From the sequence record PZ379602.1: 44,991 nucleotides of DNA; one strand, written 5' to 3'. The position numbers and the translations under genes are program-made. The notes beneath the pieces are model-generated. The model searched no databases. It had not been told where the DNA came from and saw only the letters and a program-made list of their open reading frames with translations. This stretch comes from a phage. Below, piece after piece: positions 35,471 to 44,991 of the stretch (within the stretch, counting starts at the first letter, position 1; each line of letters opens with the position of its first letter).

Positions 35471-38443
35471 ATGGCAACTAACGAAATTGCTGGTATCACG
35501 CTAGCCGTCGACGTAGCTCAGGTCGATAAGGGTACGCAATCCTTACAGAAATTCAGGCAAGCAAACGAGCAAGCTGCAACAGGCATTAATAGCTTCGTCA
35601 ACGCCGAACTTGTAGCCAAGACTCAAGCAAGGGACACTGCAAGGCAGCTTGAGGAGCAGCGCAAATCTTTCGCATCACTTCAGCAAGCCATAGACCCAAC
35701 CGCTGCTAAATTCCTGAAGTTGCAGAAAGCAGCAACAGATTTGGACAAAGCATTTGAATCCGGGATAGTTCCTGATGATGAATTCTTCAGGCTTGGCTCT
35801 GTTATTGAAACTCAAATCAATAAGCTAAACAGGTCTAAAGCCGCTCTTAGCGAAGAAGGCAGGGCTGCACTACAGGCATCAATAGATAAAGAGAAAGCAA
35901 CAACAGCAGCACAAAAGTTCATTCAATCTCTTGAGAACGAGGCGAATGCAGCAAGCCTGACAAGGACTGAACTTCTTCAGCTTAAGGCTGCTCAGCTAGG
36001 AGTTAGTGACCAGGCTGCACCGATTATCGACAGGATTGGAAAGGCTGCCGAGGCATCTGCGGTACAATTGCAGAAGCAAAGCTCCGCTTTTGTTAAGTCT
36101 GGGCTTAGTGCCGGTCAATACAAGCAAGCAATTCGACAGCTTCCAGTGCAGATTACAGATATCGGAACCTCTCTAGCTGGTGGTATCCCAATCTGGCTAA
36201 TTGCAATTCAGCAGGGTGGGCAGATTAAGGATAGCTTTGGTGGTATTGCTAACACCGCAAGGTTCGCACTGGCAGCCATTAACCCATTAACGGCAGTTGT
36301 TGGGACTTTGGGCTTGGCCCTCGGCGCTCTTGGTGTTGCTGCTTATCAGGCTGACAAGAACACTCGCGGACTAGCATCAACGATAACATTGGTTGGCAAC
36401 TCAACTATCACGTCGACAGCGCAGATAAATCAGGTTGTTGATGGAATTGAGAGTTCAACACTAGCCACGCGCGGACTTATCCAGGAGATAGCTAACAGCC
36501 TGGTAGCAAACGGTAATCTGACTCTTACGCAGATAGATAAGATAACCAAGGCGACAGCACAATGGGCAACTGTAACATCAACAGACTCGAAAACTATTCT
36601 TGGATACTTTGATCAGATTACAAAGGACCCAATTCAAGGTCTGATTGCACTCGATAAGCAGTTCAACTTCCTTCAGTCTGGGCAATTGAAATACATTGAG
36701 AATATCAGGAAGACGGCTGGAGAAACAGAGGCTGTAACCGCAGCTACTGAGCTATTCGCTAACGTTATGGAAAACAGGCTAGCAGACGTAGCACTAAGCC
36801 TTAACCCTCTTGAGAGCGCATGGAATAGCTTCAGGAAGTTTGTAAGTGAGATTTGGGATGATATAAGCAAAAGGACGCTTGGGGCGCTTAACTTAATAAC
36901 TGACGTTGTTGCTGGGACTATTGAGCAGATAAGGTCGTTAATAAACTCCGGTGATATCCTATTGGGCGAGTTTGCAATAGCAGCAACCAAGACACTTCAG
37001 TCAATACCTGGACTTGGCGATTTAGGCAATGAAGCAATCGCTGAGCAGCAAAAGATTGTTGATGCAGCTAAGAAGCAAAATGAGGAGTTAGCAAAAAGCA
37101 TAGCTGAGCGAGATGCGAGAATCAGGAAGGGTGAGCTTGGTTATGTCGAGAACAACAATAACACCAACCTTAGCGGAAATAATGCATCAACCGATAAGGA
37201 GTTTGCAGCAAGGAAGAAGGCTCTTGCCGATGAGTATGATGCGATAAAGAAAGCAGGGAGTGAGAGGAAAAAGGCTGTAAAAGAAGAAAGGGATTTAACT
37301 TTATCTTATGAATCTGGCGTTCTTGCACTTCAGGCTCAGTTAAAGGTCTTACAAGAGCACAGAACGATAAATGATGTAATAAGCAATGAAAGAAAGCAGT
37401 TATTCCAGGAAGAAGCGAAGTTTGCAATACTTGAACAAAGACAAGCGGATGGTACGCTTACAAAATCACAGGCTAAGCTACTTGCGCAGAAGAATATCAT
37501 TCTTGAACAGGCTAAACAGAAGGCTGAACTTGGTGACCAGATTGTGCTTCAGGAGAGGTCAAACAAGTTACTTGATGACAACCTTAAGAAGACTGTGCAG
37601 ATTACAAATGAAGCAAATAATTTTTCACTTGCTGCTAATTTATCTGACAGGGAGAAGCAAAGAGCAAAAGAGCTTCAGGCACTTCAATCCAATCAGGTAA
37701 ACAAAGGTGGTTCTGTAGATGATACTGATTTTCAGGCATTACTAGAAGCCAGGCGTAATTTCTATGCTCAAGAGGATGCGCTACGTGAAAACTGGCTTGC
37801 TGGTGTGCAATCATCCTTCGCTAATTGGGCAGAGAGCGCGACAGATGCATTCTCTATCGCTGGTGAATTGACCACTTCCGTCTTTACCGGAATTACCGAG
37901 CAGATCACCAGCCTTGTAACAACTGGCACGGCAGACTTCAGGAGTTTTACCGTTGAGATCCTGAAACAGATTGCCAGGATTGCGACTCAACTCTTAATTG
38001 TTAAGGCCATTGAGTCAAGTCTGAGTAGTTTTGGTGGTACTGGCGGCGCTATTGGTTCAATTGGTAGTGCGCTTGGTTTTGCTGGCGGAGGTTATACTGG
38101 TGATGGCGGGAAATATCAACCTGCTGGGACTGTTCACCGTGGTGAGTTTGTATTCACAAAAGAGGCTACAAGCAGGATTGGTGTTAAGAATCTGTACAAG
38201 CTGATGCGCGGTTATGCAAATGGAGGTGCTGTTGGTGGGCCATCTGGTTATGCTAATGGTGGGGTTGTCGGCGGTACTAATGTCAGTGTTGGTGGTGTGA
38301 CGGTTAACGTAAACTCTGGAATCGGTGGCGGAAATGATGCTAAGGCGATAGAATCTGGAGTTAAGGTTATCGTGGCTGAGGAAATCAGCAAATCATTCCA
38401 ACAGGGTGGCAGAGCGTATCAGTTCTTGCGCGGTTACAACTAA
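35471..38443 (+). CDS. tail tape measure protein
   Basis: 990 aa; long Ala/Gln/Lys-rich helical N-terminal part and Gly-rich C-terminal region; position after the chaperones. Confidence 0.9.
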   Translation: MATNEIAGITLAVDVAQVDKGTQSLQKFRQANEQAATGINSFVNAELVAKTQARDTARQLEEQRKSFASLQQAIDPTAAKFLKLQKAATDLDKAFESGIVPDDEFFRLGSVIETQINKLNRSKAALSEEGRAALQASIDKEKATTAAQKFIQSLENEANAASLTRTELLQLKAAQLGVSDQAAPIIDRIGKAAEASAVQLQKQSSAFVKSGLSAGQYKQAIRQLPVQITDIGTSLAGGIPIWLIAIQQGGQIKDSFGGIANTARFALAAINPLTAVVGTLGLALGALGVAAYQADKNTRGLASTITLVGNSTITSTAQINQVVDGIESSTLATRGLIQEIANSLVANGNLTLTQIDKITKATAQWATVTSTDSKTILGYFDQITKDPIQGLIALDKQFNFLQSGQLKYIENIRKTAGETEAVTAATELFANVMENRLADVALSLNPLESAWNSFRKFVSEIWDDISKRTLGALNLITDVVAGTIEQIRSLINSGDILLGEFAIAATKTLQSIPGLGDLGNEAIAEQQKIVDAAKKQNEELAKSIAERDARIRKGELGYVENNNNTNLSGNNASTDKEFAARKKALADEYDAIKKAGSERKKAVKEERDLTLSYESGVLALQAQLKVLQEHRTINDVISNERKQLFQEEAKFAILEQRQADGTLTKSQAKLLAQKNIILEQAKQKAELGDQIVLQERSNKLLDDNLKKTVQITNEANNFSLAANLSDREKQRAKELQALQSNQVNKGGSVDDTDFQALLEARRNFYAQEDALRENWLAGVQSSFANWAESATDAFSIAGELTTSVFTGITEQITSLVTTGTADFRSFTVEILKQIARIATQLLIVKAIESSLSSFGGTGGAIGSIGSALGFAGGGYTGDGGKYQPAGTVHRGEFVFTKEATSRIGVKNLYKLMRGYANGGAVGGPSGYANGGVVGGTNVSVGGVTVNVNSGIGGGNDAKAIESGVKVIVAEEISKSFQQGGRAYQFLRGYN

Positions 38444-38474
38444 TTAATGGGGCTTCGGCCCCTAAGGATTTTAA

Positions 38475-38822
38475 ATGGCATTGCAAACTTTTAATTGGTG
38501 CTTGAACGTTCAGGCTGGATTATCATTCTCAAACCAGAATAACGTCAGAGTTGTATCATTTGGGAATGGATTCCAGCAGCGTGGAACTGGTGGGTACAGG
38601 ACAAACAAAAGGACTTACACGGTTAGCTACGTTGGTCGTGAGTGGGAGGCAGTAATGAACTTCTGCTTTGACCATATCGTAAAACCTTTCGCATGGACTA
38701 CGCCGCAGGGTGAGCTAAAACTTTTTGTTATTCAGCAGGATAGCATTAGCGTCTCTCCGAGCACAAAAGAAGTTCAGACTGTTAGTATGCAATTTACTGA
38801 AGTTTTCACGTCAATGAGTTAA
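38475..38822 (+). CDS. minor tail protein (lambda M-like)
   Basis: 115-aa ORF directly after the tape measure gene. Confidence 0.65.
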   Translation: MALQTFNWCLNVQAGLSFSNQNNVRVVSFGNGFQQRGTGGYRTNKRTYTVSYVGREWEAVMNFCFDHIVKPFAWTTPQGELKLFVIQQDSISVSPSTKEVQTVSMQFTEVFTSMS

Positions 38823-38826
38823 ACTA

Positions 38827-38848
38827 AGGCTCATGTGGGCCTTTTTTT
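38827..38848 (+). terminator. rho-independent terminator or attenuator inside the tail operon
   Basis: Short GC stem followed by T7. Confidence 0.5.
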
Positions 38849-38860
38849 ATTGGAGAGAAT

Positions 38861-39616
38861 ATGGCAAGTGTAAAGTTTGAGAACCAGCTTCAATCACTTT
38901 TCCCTGGTGAGGTGGTTACGCTTATTGAGGTTGACGGCAGTAAGTTTGGCGCAAGGGTTTACAGGTTCCATGGTGAGAACATCTCATACACGCCTGAAGA
39001 AATCATGCAATCACAATCCTCTGGCCAGCCACTGCCAGCCAAGACAATTACATTTCGTGGTGAAGAATATGGAGCAAGGCCATTCGGTATTAGCGGAATT
39101 AACCTAACTTCTGACGGCAAAGCAAACAAACTCACGCTAATTCTATCAAACGTTGACCAGGCTGTTTCAGCGCTAATCCGTCAGTATAATGGTATGGTTC
39201 AGGCTAAGGTGACAATCTGGGTTACCATCAAGGATAATATCAATGAGGATGGCAGCATTGCAGATGGCGATTATCGTAAGATGGTTTACTTTATTGAGCG
39301 ACCAAAGCAGGTTGACTACAAAACTGCTTCTTTTGAGCTATCTAGTCCAATTGACATGGATGGTATTTATATTCCTGCGAGGTTAGTCCAGTCAGTATGC
39401 CATTGGGCTTCTCGTGGCTGGTATCGTAGTGGTAACGGTTGTGATTATGCCGGGAATCGATACTTTGATAAAGACAATAATCCGGTTGATGACCCTGGCC
39501 TGGATTTCTGCGCCGGAACTGTTGATGCATGTAAGTTAAGGTTTGGTGAAAACAACCAGCTATCATTTGGAGGTTGTGCCTCCGCTAGCTTGCAAGCCAA
39601 GAATAACCAGAACTAA
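38861..39616 (+). CDS. minor tail protein (lambda L-like)
   Basis: 251 aa; C-terminal Cys cluster CHWASRGW...GCDYAG...CAGTVDAC, as in L-type proteins. Confidence 0.7.
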   Translation: MASVKFENQLQSLFPGEVVTLIEVDGSKFGARVYRFHGENISYTPEEIMQSQSSGQPLPAKTITFRGEEYGARPFGISGINLTSDGKANKLTLILSNVDQAVSALIRQYNGMVQAKVTIWVTIKDNINEDGSIADGDYRKMVYFIERPKQVDYKTASFELSSPIDMDGIYIPARLVQSVCHWASRGWYRSGNGCDYAGNRYFDKDNNPVDDPGLDFCAGTVDACKLRFGENNQLSFGGCASASLQAKNNQN

Positions 39617-39626
39617 GGAGTCTAAA

Positions 39627-40385
39627 ATGCTTACACCAAAAGTTAAACTAGAAATCATGCGCCACGCAAAAGAGGATTACCCAAACGAGTGCTGCGGCGT
39701 AGTCACCCAAAAAGGCATGGCACAAAAATACCATAGAATCACCAACGCATCGAAAGACCCTGAAAATGAGTTCATTCTTGACGCCAGTGAGTACATGAAT
39801 ATTGTCTTTAATCTTGGCTACAGCGAGTCAATTGTTTACGTAGCTCACTCACACACTGGAGATGGTGCAACTACAAGGCCTAGCCCGGCAGACATATGCA
39901 GTTGCAATGAGTGCGAGATTCCATATGTCATCGTTAGTTACCCGGAAGGAGATCTGCGAATCCTTGAACCAGTTGATATGCCGCTAGCAGGAAGACCGTG
40001 GGGTTTGGGTAGCTTCGATTGCTGGGGATTGATAATGTCATTCCACGCAAAGCACGGCGTCAAACTGGCTGACTACCGCGTTAATTACCCATGGTGGAAC
40101 AAGGAGTATGGAGAAAATATCTATGATGACAACTGGATTAAGGAAGGATTTGAGCTAGTCGAAACTGATGATATTCCAGTTGGCTCCATGATTATGATGC
40201 AGATTCAAAGTGAGGCCACAAACCACGCAGGAATCTACATTGGAGACAATAAGTTCTTGCACCATCTTTACGGCAAGATGAGTAAAGTGGATACCTATAG
40301 TGATTACTGGCGTGAGCGTACCGTTCGAATCGTTCGCCACAAAGATTTACCAGAAGGAGCAAATTACAATGCAGAGACTGATTAA
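39627..40385 (+). CDS. tail assembly protein (lambda K-like; JAB/MPN plus NlpC/P60 peptidase domains)
   Basis: CCGVV...AHSHTGDGATTRPSPAD resembles a JAMM motif; FDCWGLIMSFH resembles the NlpC/P60 catalytic Cys region. Confidence 0.8.
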   Translation: MLTPKVKLEIMRHAKEDYPNECCGVVTQKGMAQKYHRITNASKDPENEFILDASEYMNIVFNLGYSESIVYVAHSHTGDGATTRPSPADICSCNECEIPYVIVSYPEGDLRILEPVDMPLAGRPWGLGSFDCWGLIMSFHAKHGVKLADYRVNYPWWNKEYGENIYDDNWIKEGFELVETDDIPVGSMIMMQIQSEATNHAGIYIGDNKFLHHLYGKMSKVDTYSDYWRERTVRIVRHKDLPEGANYNAETD

Positions 40386-40944
40386 GGTTAAGCTGGGCTT
40401 GTCACTTGGCAGAAGGTACGGGAAAGTCCATGAGTTGTGCGTGGAGTCTGTACCGGAAGCAATTCGAGCATTATCGGTAAACATTCCAGCATTTAAAGAG
40501 TTCATGCAAAGCCATGCTGGACAAAGGACTAGGTTCGCAATATTTGCTGACGGGAAGAACCTTAATGAACATCGTATCAAGGATTTTAAGGCAGTTGGTG
40601 AGATTCGTATTATGCCAATACCTCAAGGAAGAAAAAGCGGAGGGTTATTCCAGACAGTACTAGGTGCGGCGCTCATTGGTGCTAGCTTCTTCCTTACTGG
40701 TGGTATTGCAACCGCTGTTCTTGGTGCTGGTATCTCACTAGCTGCTGGCGGTGTAGCTCAGTTACTTTCCCCACAAGCAACTGGATTAAAGACGCAGGAG
40801 TCTGCGCAAAACAGGGCTTCATACGCATTCGGGTCGGCTGTTAACACTGTAGCTGCTGGATACCCAATATGTTTGCCATACGGTTATCGAAGTGTTGGCG
40901 GCTCTGTATTTAGTGCTGGGAGTTACTCAGAAGATATCGCTTAA
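40369..40944 (+). CDS. tail assembly protein (lambda I-like)
   Basis: 191 aa; Gly/Ala-rich hydrophobic C-terminal region; overlaps the end of the K-like gene. Confidence 0.7.
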   Translation: MQRLIKVKLGLSLGRRYGKVHELCVESVPEAIRALSVNIPAFKEFMQSHAGQRTRFAIFADGKNLNEHRIKDFKAVGEIRIMPIPQGRKSGGLFQTVLGAALIGASFFLTGGIATAVLGAGISLAAGGVAQLLSPQATGLKTQESAQNRASYAFGSAVNTVAAGYPICLPYGYRSVGGSVFSAGSYSEDIA

Positions 40945-40950
40945 ATTAAG

Positions 40951-40972
40951 ACCCGCCTAGTGCGGGTTTTTT
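40951..40972 (+). terminator. rho-independent terminator
   Basis: Hairpin ACCCGC-ctagt-GCGGGT followed by a T run. Confidence 0.65.
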
Positions 40973-40984
40973 ATTTAGTGTAGA

Positions 40985-43900
40985 ATGGCACAAATGGTCA
41001 AAACAAATGCGGAGCTATGTGATATGGCGGAAGAAATTAAGATTTATGGAAGTAAGGGCGGACAGCCAAAGCAGCACCAACCTGTAGAGCAGCCTGATAA
41101 CCTGATATCCGTAAACAAGGTTAAGGTTTTGCTAGCTGTCTCTGATGGTGAGGTTGATAGCTCATTCTCCCTAAAGGACCTTTACCTTGCTGACGTTCCT
41201 GTACAGAACCAGAATGGCACATACAACTACGAGGGTGTAACGGCAGAGTTTCGCCCTGGCACACAGAGTCAGGATTACATTGCCGGGCTAGAGGGTGCTA
41301 ACTCGGAAGTGCAAGTGAACAGGGAGATTAAAAACTCAACTCCTTACATCATTGCTGTTAATAACACCCAGCTATCAGCGATTAGGGTTAAGCTGTTTTG
41401 GCCTCGTCTGATTAATCAGGAAAGTAACGGAGATCTTAACGGTACCACTTGCGAGTATGCGATTGACCTGTCCGTTGATGGCGCTACATACACTGAGTAC
41501 ACGCGCGGAGTAGCTAATGGCAAGACAACTAGCGGGTACGACAGAAGTATCAGGGTTAACCTTCCTGCTGAGTTCTCGAGTGCGTTGGTGAGGGTTCGTA
41601 AGATAACGGCAGATTCAGAAAGTTCGACGCTGGTTAACGACATGCAAATTACGACCTATCAGGAAGTAATTGATGCTAAATTCCGCTACCCACTTACAGC
41701 GCTGGTTTACGTTGAGTTCAGTTCTGACCTCTTCCCTAACGGAATCCCGACGATTTCAATCAAGAAGAAGTGGAAGTTGATTCGCGTTCCAACTAACTAC
41801 AACCCAGAGACAAGGACTTACAGCGGAACCTGGAACGGCACCTTTAAGATGGCGTATTCCAATAACCCGGCGTGGGTTCTTTACGACTTGGTGACGAATC
41901 AGCGTTACGGACTTGACCAGCGAGAGCTTGGCATTACTATTGATAAGTGGGGTCTGTATGAGGCGGCGCAATTCTGTGACCAGATGGTTCCAGATGGTAA
42001 GGGTGGAGTTGAGCCGCGCTACCTGTGTGATGTTGTCATTCAGCAGAAAGTTGAAGCATATCAGGTAATCCGTGATATTTGCTCTATCTTCCGTGGGCTG
42101 ACATTCTATGACGGCGAGCAGATAGGTATTGTTGTCGATAAGCCGCGTCAACCATCGTACGTATTCACCAATGACAACGTTGTTGATGGATTGTTCAACC
42201 GTACATTTGGTAGCGATAAGTCACTTTACACGGTTGCCAACGTTCAGTTTGATGACGTTGAAAACTCATACCAACAGGATGTTGAGCCAGTATTCGAGTT
42301 AGAGGCAACAAGGCGTTTTGGTTACAACCCGGTCGACCTTACAGCTATTGGATGTACTCGCAGGAGTGAGGCAAACCGCCGCGGGCGCTGGTTATTAAAG
42401 ACGAACATTCGCAGCGAGACTATTAGTTTCACTACTGGTCTGGAAGGTATGATTCCAATGATTGGTGAGGTTATTGCAGTTAATGACCAGGCATGGTCTA
42501 GCAACTACACCCTTAACCTTTCTGGTCGTATCGAGTCAGTAAGTGGGTTGCAAGTTTTTGTGCCATTTAAGATTGATGCTACTGCTGGCGACAGGATTCT
42601 AATAAACAAGCCTGATGGAATGCCAGAGTACAGGACCATTGCATCTGTATCTGAAGATGGTATGACGCTGCAACTTAATACAGCGTTTAGCTTTACTCCT
42701 CAGCCTGACACAGTATTTGCGATTGATAAGGAAAATCTTGCTCTTCAGCAATATGTTGTGACCGGTATTCAAAAAGCAGACAGCGATGGAGATGATGCGT
42801 TTGGTTACACGATTACCGCAGTTGAGTACGACCCGAACAAATACGACGAGATTGATTACGGCGTAAACATTCAGGACAGGCCAACTTCAATCGTGGAGCC
42901 AGATACATTACTGGCACCCGAGAATGTTCAGGTTAGCAGTTACAGTAAGGTTGTTCAGGGTTTATCAGTTGAGACAATGGTAATCACGTGGGACAAGGTT
43001 CAGTACGCGAAAACCTACACGGTCCAGTGGCGCAAGGAGAACGGAAACTGGATTAACGTGCCGCGCACAGCAAGCACAGAGGTTGATATTGAAGGTATCT
43101 ATGCCGGAATTTACCAGGTTCGCGTAAGGGCCGTTTCTGATACTGAAAACGTATCCGCATGGTCTGACATTGTTTCAGTAAGCCTCACAGGCAAGATTGG
43201 GACCCCTTCTTCACCTACAGTAATCACCGCTTCAGATGATGAAATATTCGGCATTAGGGTTAAGTGGGGATTTCCTGAAAACTCAGCCGATACGTCATAC
43301 ACTGAATTGCAGCAAGTAGCCGACAATGGTGATGGTACTTATACACCAGAGAATGCTAGCCTTCTGACTCTGGTGCCTTACCCGAGTTACGAGTACTGGC
43401 ATACTACACTTCCTGCTGGAAAGGTCATCTGGTACAGGGCGCGACTGATTGACAAGATTGGTAACGTCTCACCATGGACTGATTTTGTAAGGGGTATGGC
43501 AAGCGATGATGTGTCGTCAATCATTGGTGATATTAAGGTTGATATAGAAAACTCAGATGGGTTCAAGTATCTCCAACAGAATGCCATTGAGTCAAACGGA
43601 GCTATTCAGGCGCAAGCGGAATCAATAATTGAGAACGCCCTGGCTAATGATGGTGACGTGCGTAGAATGACGAAGGAAAACGGCAAGAGGAAGGCCGAAT
43701 TTGTTCAGGCTGTGAATCTTATCGCCGATGAAGAAAGGGCTCGCGTAGAGGCTCTGACGCAGCTTAAGGCGCAGATTGATGATGAGATTGTAGCTTCATT
43801 GACAAGGATTGATACGGCGCTAGCGGAAGAGACGCAAGCAAGGACCACTGCGGACACTGCTTTATCTGCAAGGCTAGGTGATAATGAGGCTGCGTTAAAT

Positions 43901-44410
43901 GAGAAGTTGGACACTTACGTTACTGCCGATTCAATTGGTGCTCAGTACGGGATTAAACTTGGCCTCAAATACAATGGCGTTGAGTACAGTTCTGGCATGA
44001 GTATGGAGCTAACTGGTTCTGATGGCAATGTTCGTAGTCAGGTCATCTTTGATGCTAACAGGTTAGCAATCAGTAACGGCATTAGCTCTGGATCCGGTCA
44101 GTGGTCATTGCCTTTCGTAGTTGAAGGTAATCAGGTATTCATTCAAAGCGCAGTGATTCAGGATGGTTCAATCACTAACGCGAAGATTGGTAACCGGATT
44201 CAATCTAATAACTACGTGGCTGGTTCTCAGGGTTGGGCCATTGATAAGTCAGGCAGTGCGGAACTTAACAATGCAACTGTAAGGGGTAGTCTGTACGCAA
44301 GTAACGGCAACTTTGCGTTTAACGGAACCAACAACACTGTTCAGATTAACAATAATGGAATTACAGTTAATTTACCGAATGGTGGAAGGGTTGTAGTTGG
44401 AGTGTGGTAA
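40985..44410 (+). CDS. tail tip / host specificity protein (lambda J-like)
   Basis: 1141 aa; N-terminus GSKGGQPKQHQPVEQPDNLISV... follows the J-type pattern; position after the I-like gene. Confidence 0.85.
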   Translation: MAQMVKTNAELCDMAEEIKIYGSKGGQPKQHQPVEQPDNLISVNKVKVLLAVSDGEVDSSFSLKDLYLADVPVQNQNGTYNYEGVTAEFRPGTQSQDYIAGLEGANSEVQVNREIKNSTPYIIAVNNTQLSAIRVKLFWPRLINQESNGDLNGTTCEYAIDLSVDGATYTEYTRGVANGKTTSGYDRSIRVNLPAEFSSALVRVRKITADSESSTLVNDMQITTYQEVIDAKFRYPLTALVYVEFSSDLFPNGIPTISIKKKWKLIRVPTNYNPETRTYSGTWNGTFKMAYSNNPAWVLYDLVTNQRYGLDQRELGITIDKWGLYEAAQFCDQMVPDGKGGVEPRYLCDVVIQQKVEAYQVIRDICSIFRGLTFYDGEQIGIVVDKPRQPSYVFTNDNVVDGLFNRTFGSDKSLYTVANVQFDDVENSYQQDVEPVFELEATRRFGYNPVDLTAIGCTRRSEANRRGRWLLKTNIRSETISFTTGLEGMIPMIGEVIAVNDQAWSSNYTLNLSGRIESVSGLQVFVPFKIDATAGDRILINKPDGMPEYRTIASVSEDGMTLQLNTAFSFTPQPDTVFAIDKENLALQQYVVTGIQKADSDGDDAFGYTITAVEYDPNKYDEIDYGVNIQDRPTSIVEPDTLLAPENVQVSSYSKVVQGLSVETMVITWDKVQYAKTYTVQWRKENGNWINVPRTASTEVDIEGIYAGIYQVRVRAVSDTENVSAWSDIVSVSLTGKIGTPSSPTVITASDDEIFGIRVKWGFPENSADTSYTELQQVADNGDGTYTPENASLLTLVPYPSYEYWHTTLPAGKVIWYRARLIDKIGNVSPWTDFVRGMASDDVSSIIGDIKVDIENSDGFKYLQQNAIESNGAIQAQAESIIENALANDGDVRRMTKENGKRKAEFVQAVNLIADEERARVEALTQLKAQIDDEIVASLTRIDTALAEETQARTTADTALSARLGDNEAALNEKLDTYVTADSIGAQYGIKLGLKYNGVEYSSGMSMELTGSDGNVRSQVIFDANRLAISNGISSGSGQWSLPFVVEGNQVFIQSAVIQDGSITNAKIGNRIQSNNYVAGSQGWAIDKSGSAELNNATVRGSLYASNGNFAFNGTNNTVQINNNGITVNLPNGGRVVVGVW

Positions 44411-44415
44411 TGATT

Positions 44416-44440
44416 AGGCCCCTTTCGGGGCCTTTTCTTT
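44416..44440. terminator. bidirectional rho-independent terminator
   Basis: Hairpin GGCCCC-tttc-GGGGCC followed by TTTTCTTTT; the convergent minus-strand gene ends at 44440. Confidence 0.65.
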
Positions 44441-44897
44441 TAGTAGAAGTTTGGTATGAATGGTAGAGCCATTGATATGTTTGTGTCGAATGGGAATTGG
44501 GCTCCCGTCTGCGTTGAGTAGTTCCCTATCACAGTGCCTGGAACTGCCCTTACGGCACCACCAGACATGCATATTCCCTTGTACCTTAAGTTGTTATACC
44601 CTCCAGTAACTCTTGTTGTAGCGCCGCACCTGAGCAGTGGGAAGAACCCTCCATTTATTGACTGGAAACCATTGGTTATTTGTATAAAGCCACCAAGCAC
44701 GAACGGTCGCCTGACGCTTGAAAAACAATCTGTCCAGAACTATTAGACATTGTGAGTCCTGGGCCAGCTACTGGAGGGTCATTCCTGAATATCACTAACT
44801 GTACGTAAGTACTTGCTGCAACGTCATCTATGCCGCTGTAGTTTATGTTGCGTGCACCAAATTGTATTACCGTCGTTCTCCAGATGCAGCGGCGCAC
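44440..44897 (-). CDS. hypothetical protein (about 150 aa), apparently split by a frameshift at an A5 run
   Basis: ORFs 44676..44897 and 44440..44700 join into one Gly/Asn/Thr-rich protein if the run at 44721-44725 is one base longer; alternative start codon upstream. Confidence 0.4.
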
Positions 44898-44991
44898 GAA
44901 AAACGCGAAAGCGTTTCACGATAAATGCGAAAACTGTTTCCTCCTCTAACTGGGACATGGTTAAACACCTACCGAATTGAACGAAGTAAGG

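Overview
The window reads as most of a virulent T1-like siphovirus genome, about 45 kb (inference from gene content and order; no database search was possible). Layout: plus-strand recombination genes (PD-(D/E)XK nuclease, annealing protein, SSB with a 20-Gln linker); a minus-strand block (tail fiber/tailspike, primase, HTH protein); a plus-strand block with an SF2 helicase interrupted at its DECH motif by a LAGLIDADG intein, small early genes, a VRR-NUC nuclease, HTH-metallophosphoesterase, HAD phosphatase, dNMP kinase and a lysis cassette (holin, SAR endolysin, unimolecular spanin); a minus-strand early block; an AT-rich divergent region with iteron-like repeats (putative origin); more small early genes, an HNH endonuclease and a tRNA-Arg(CCU); then the morphogenesis module from terminase to a 1141-aa J-like tail tip protein. 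No integrase, CI-like repressor, CRISPR array or recognisable defence or anti-defence system was seen. The most distinctive signal is a family of about 15 modular promoter-like elements on both strands: a palindromic box, a 22-bp spacer carrying a unique hairpin, a -10-like hexamer and a conserved leader. Second, several genes are split at short homopolymers in a way that fits single-base undercalls, so assembly error must be excluded before calling them pseudogenes. Coordinates include stop codons; starts of small ORFs are approximate.
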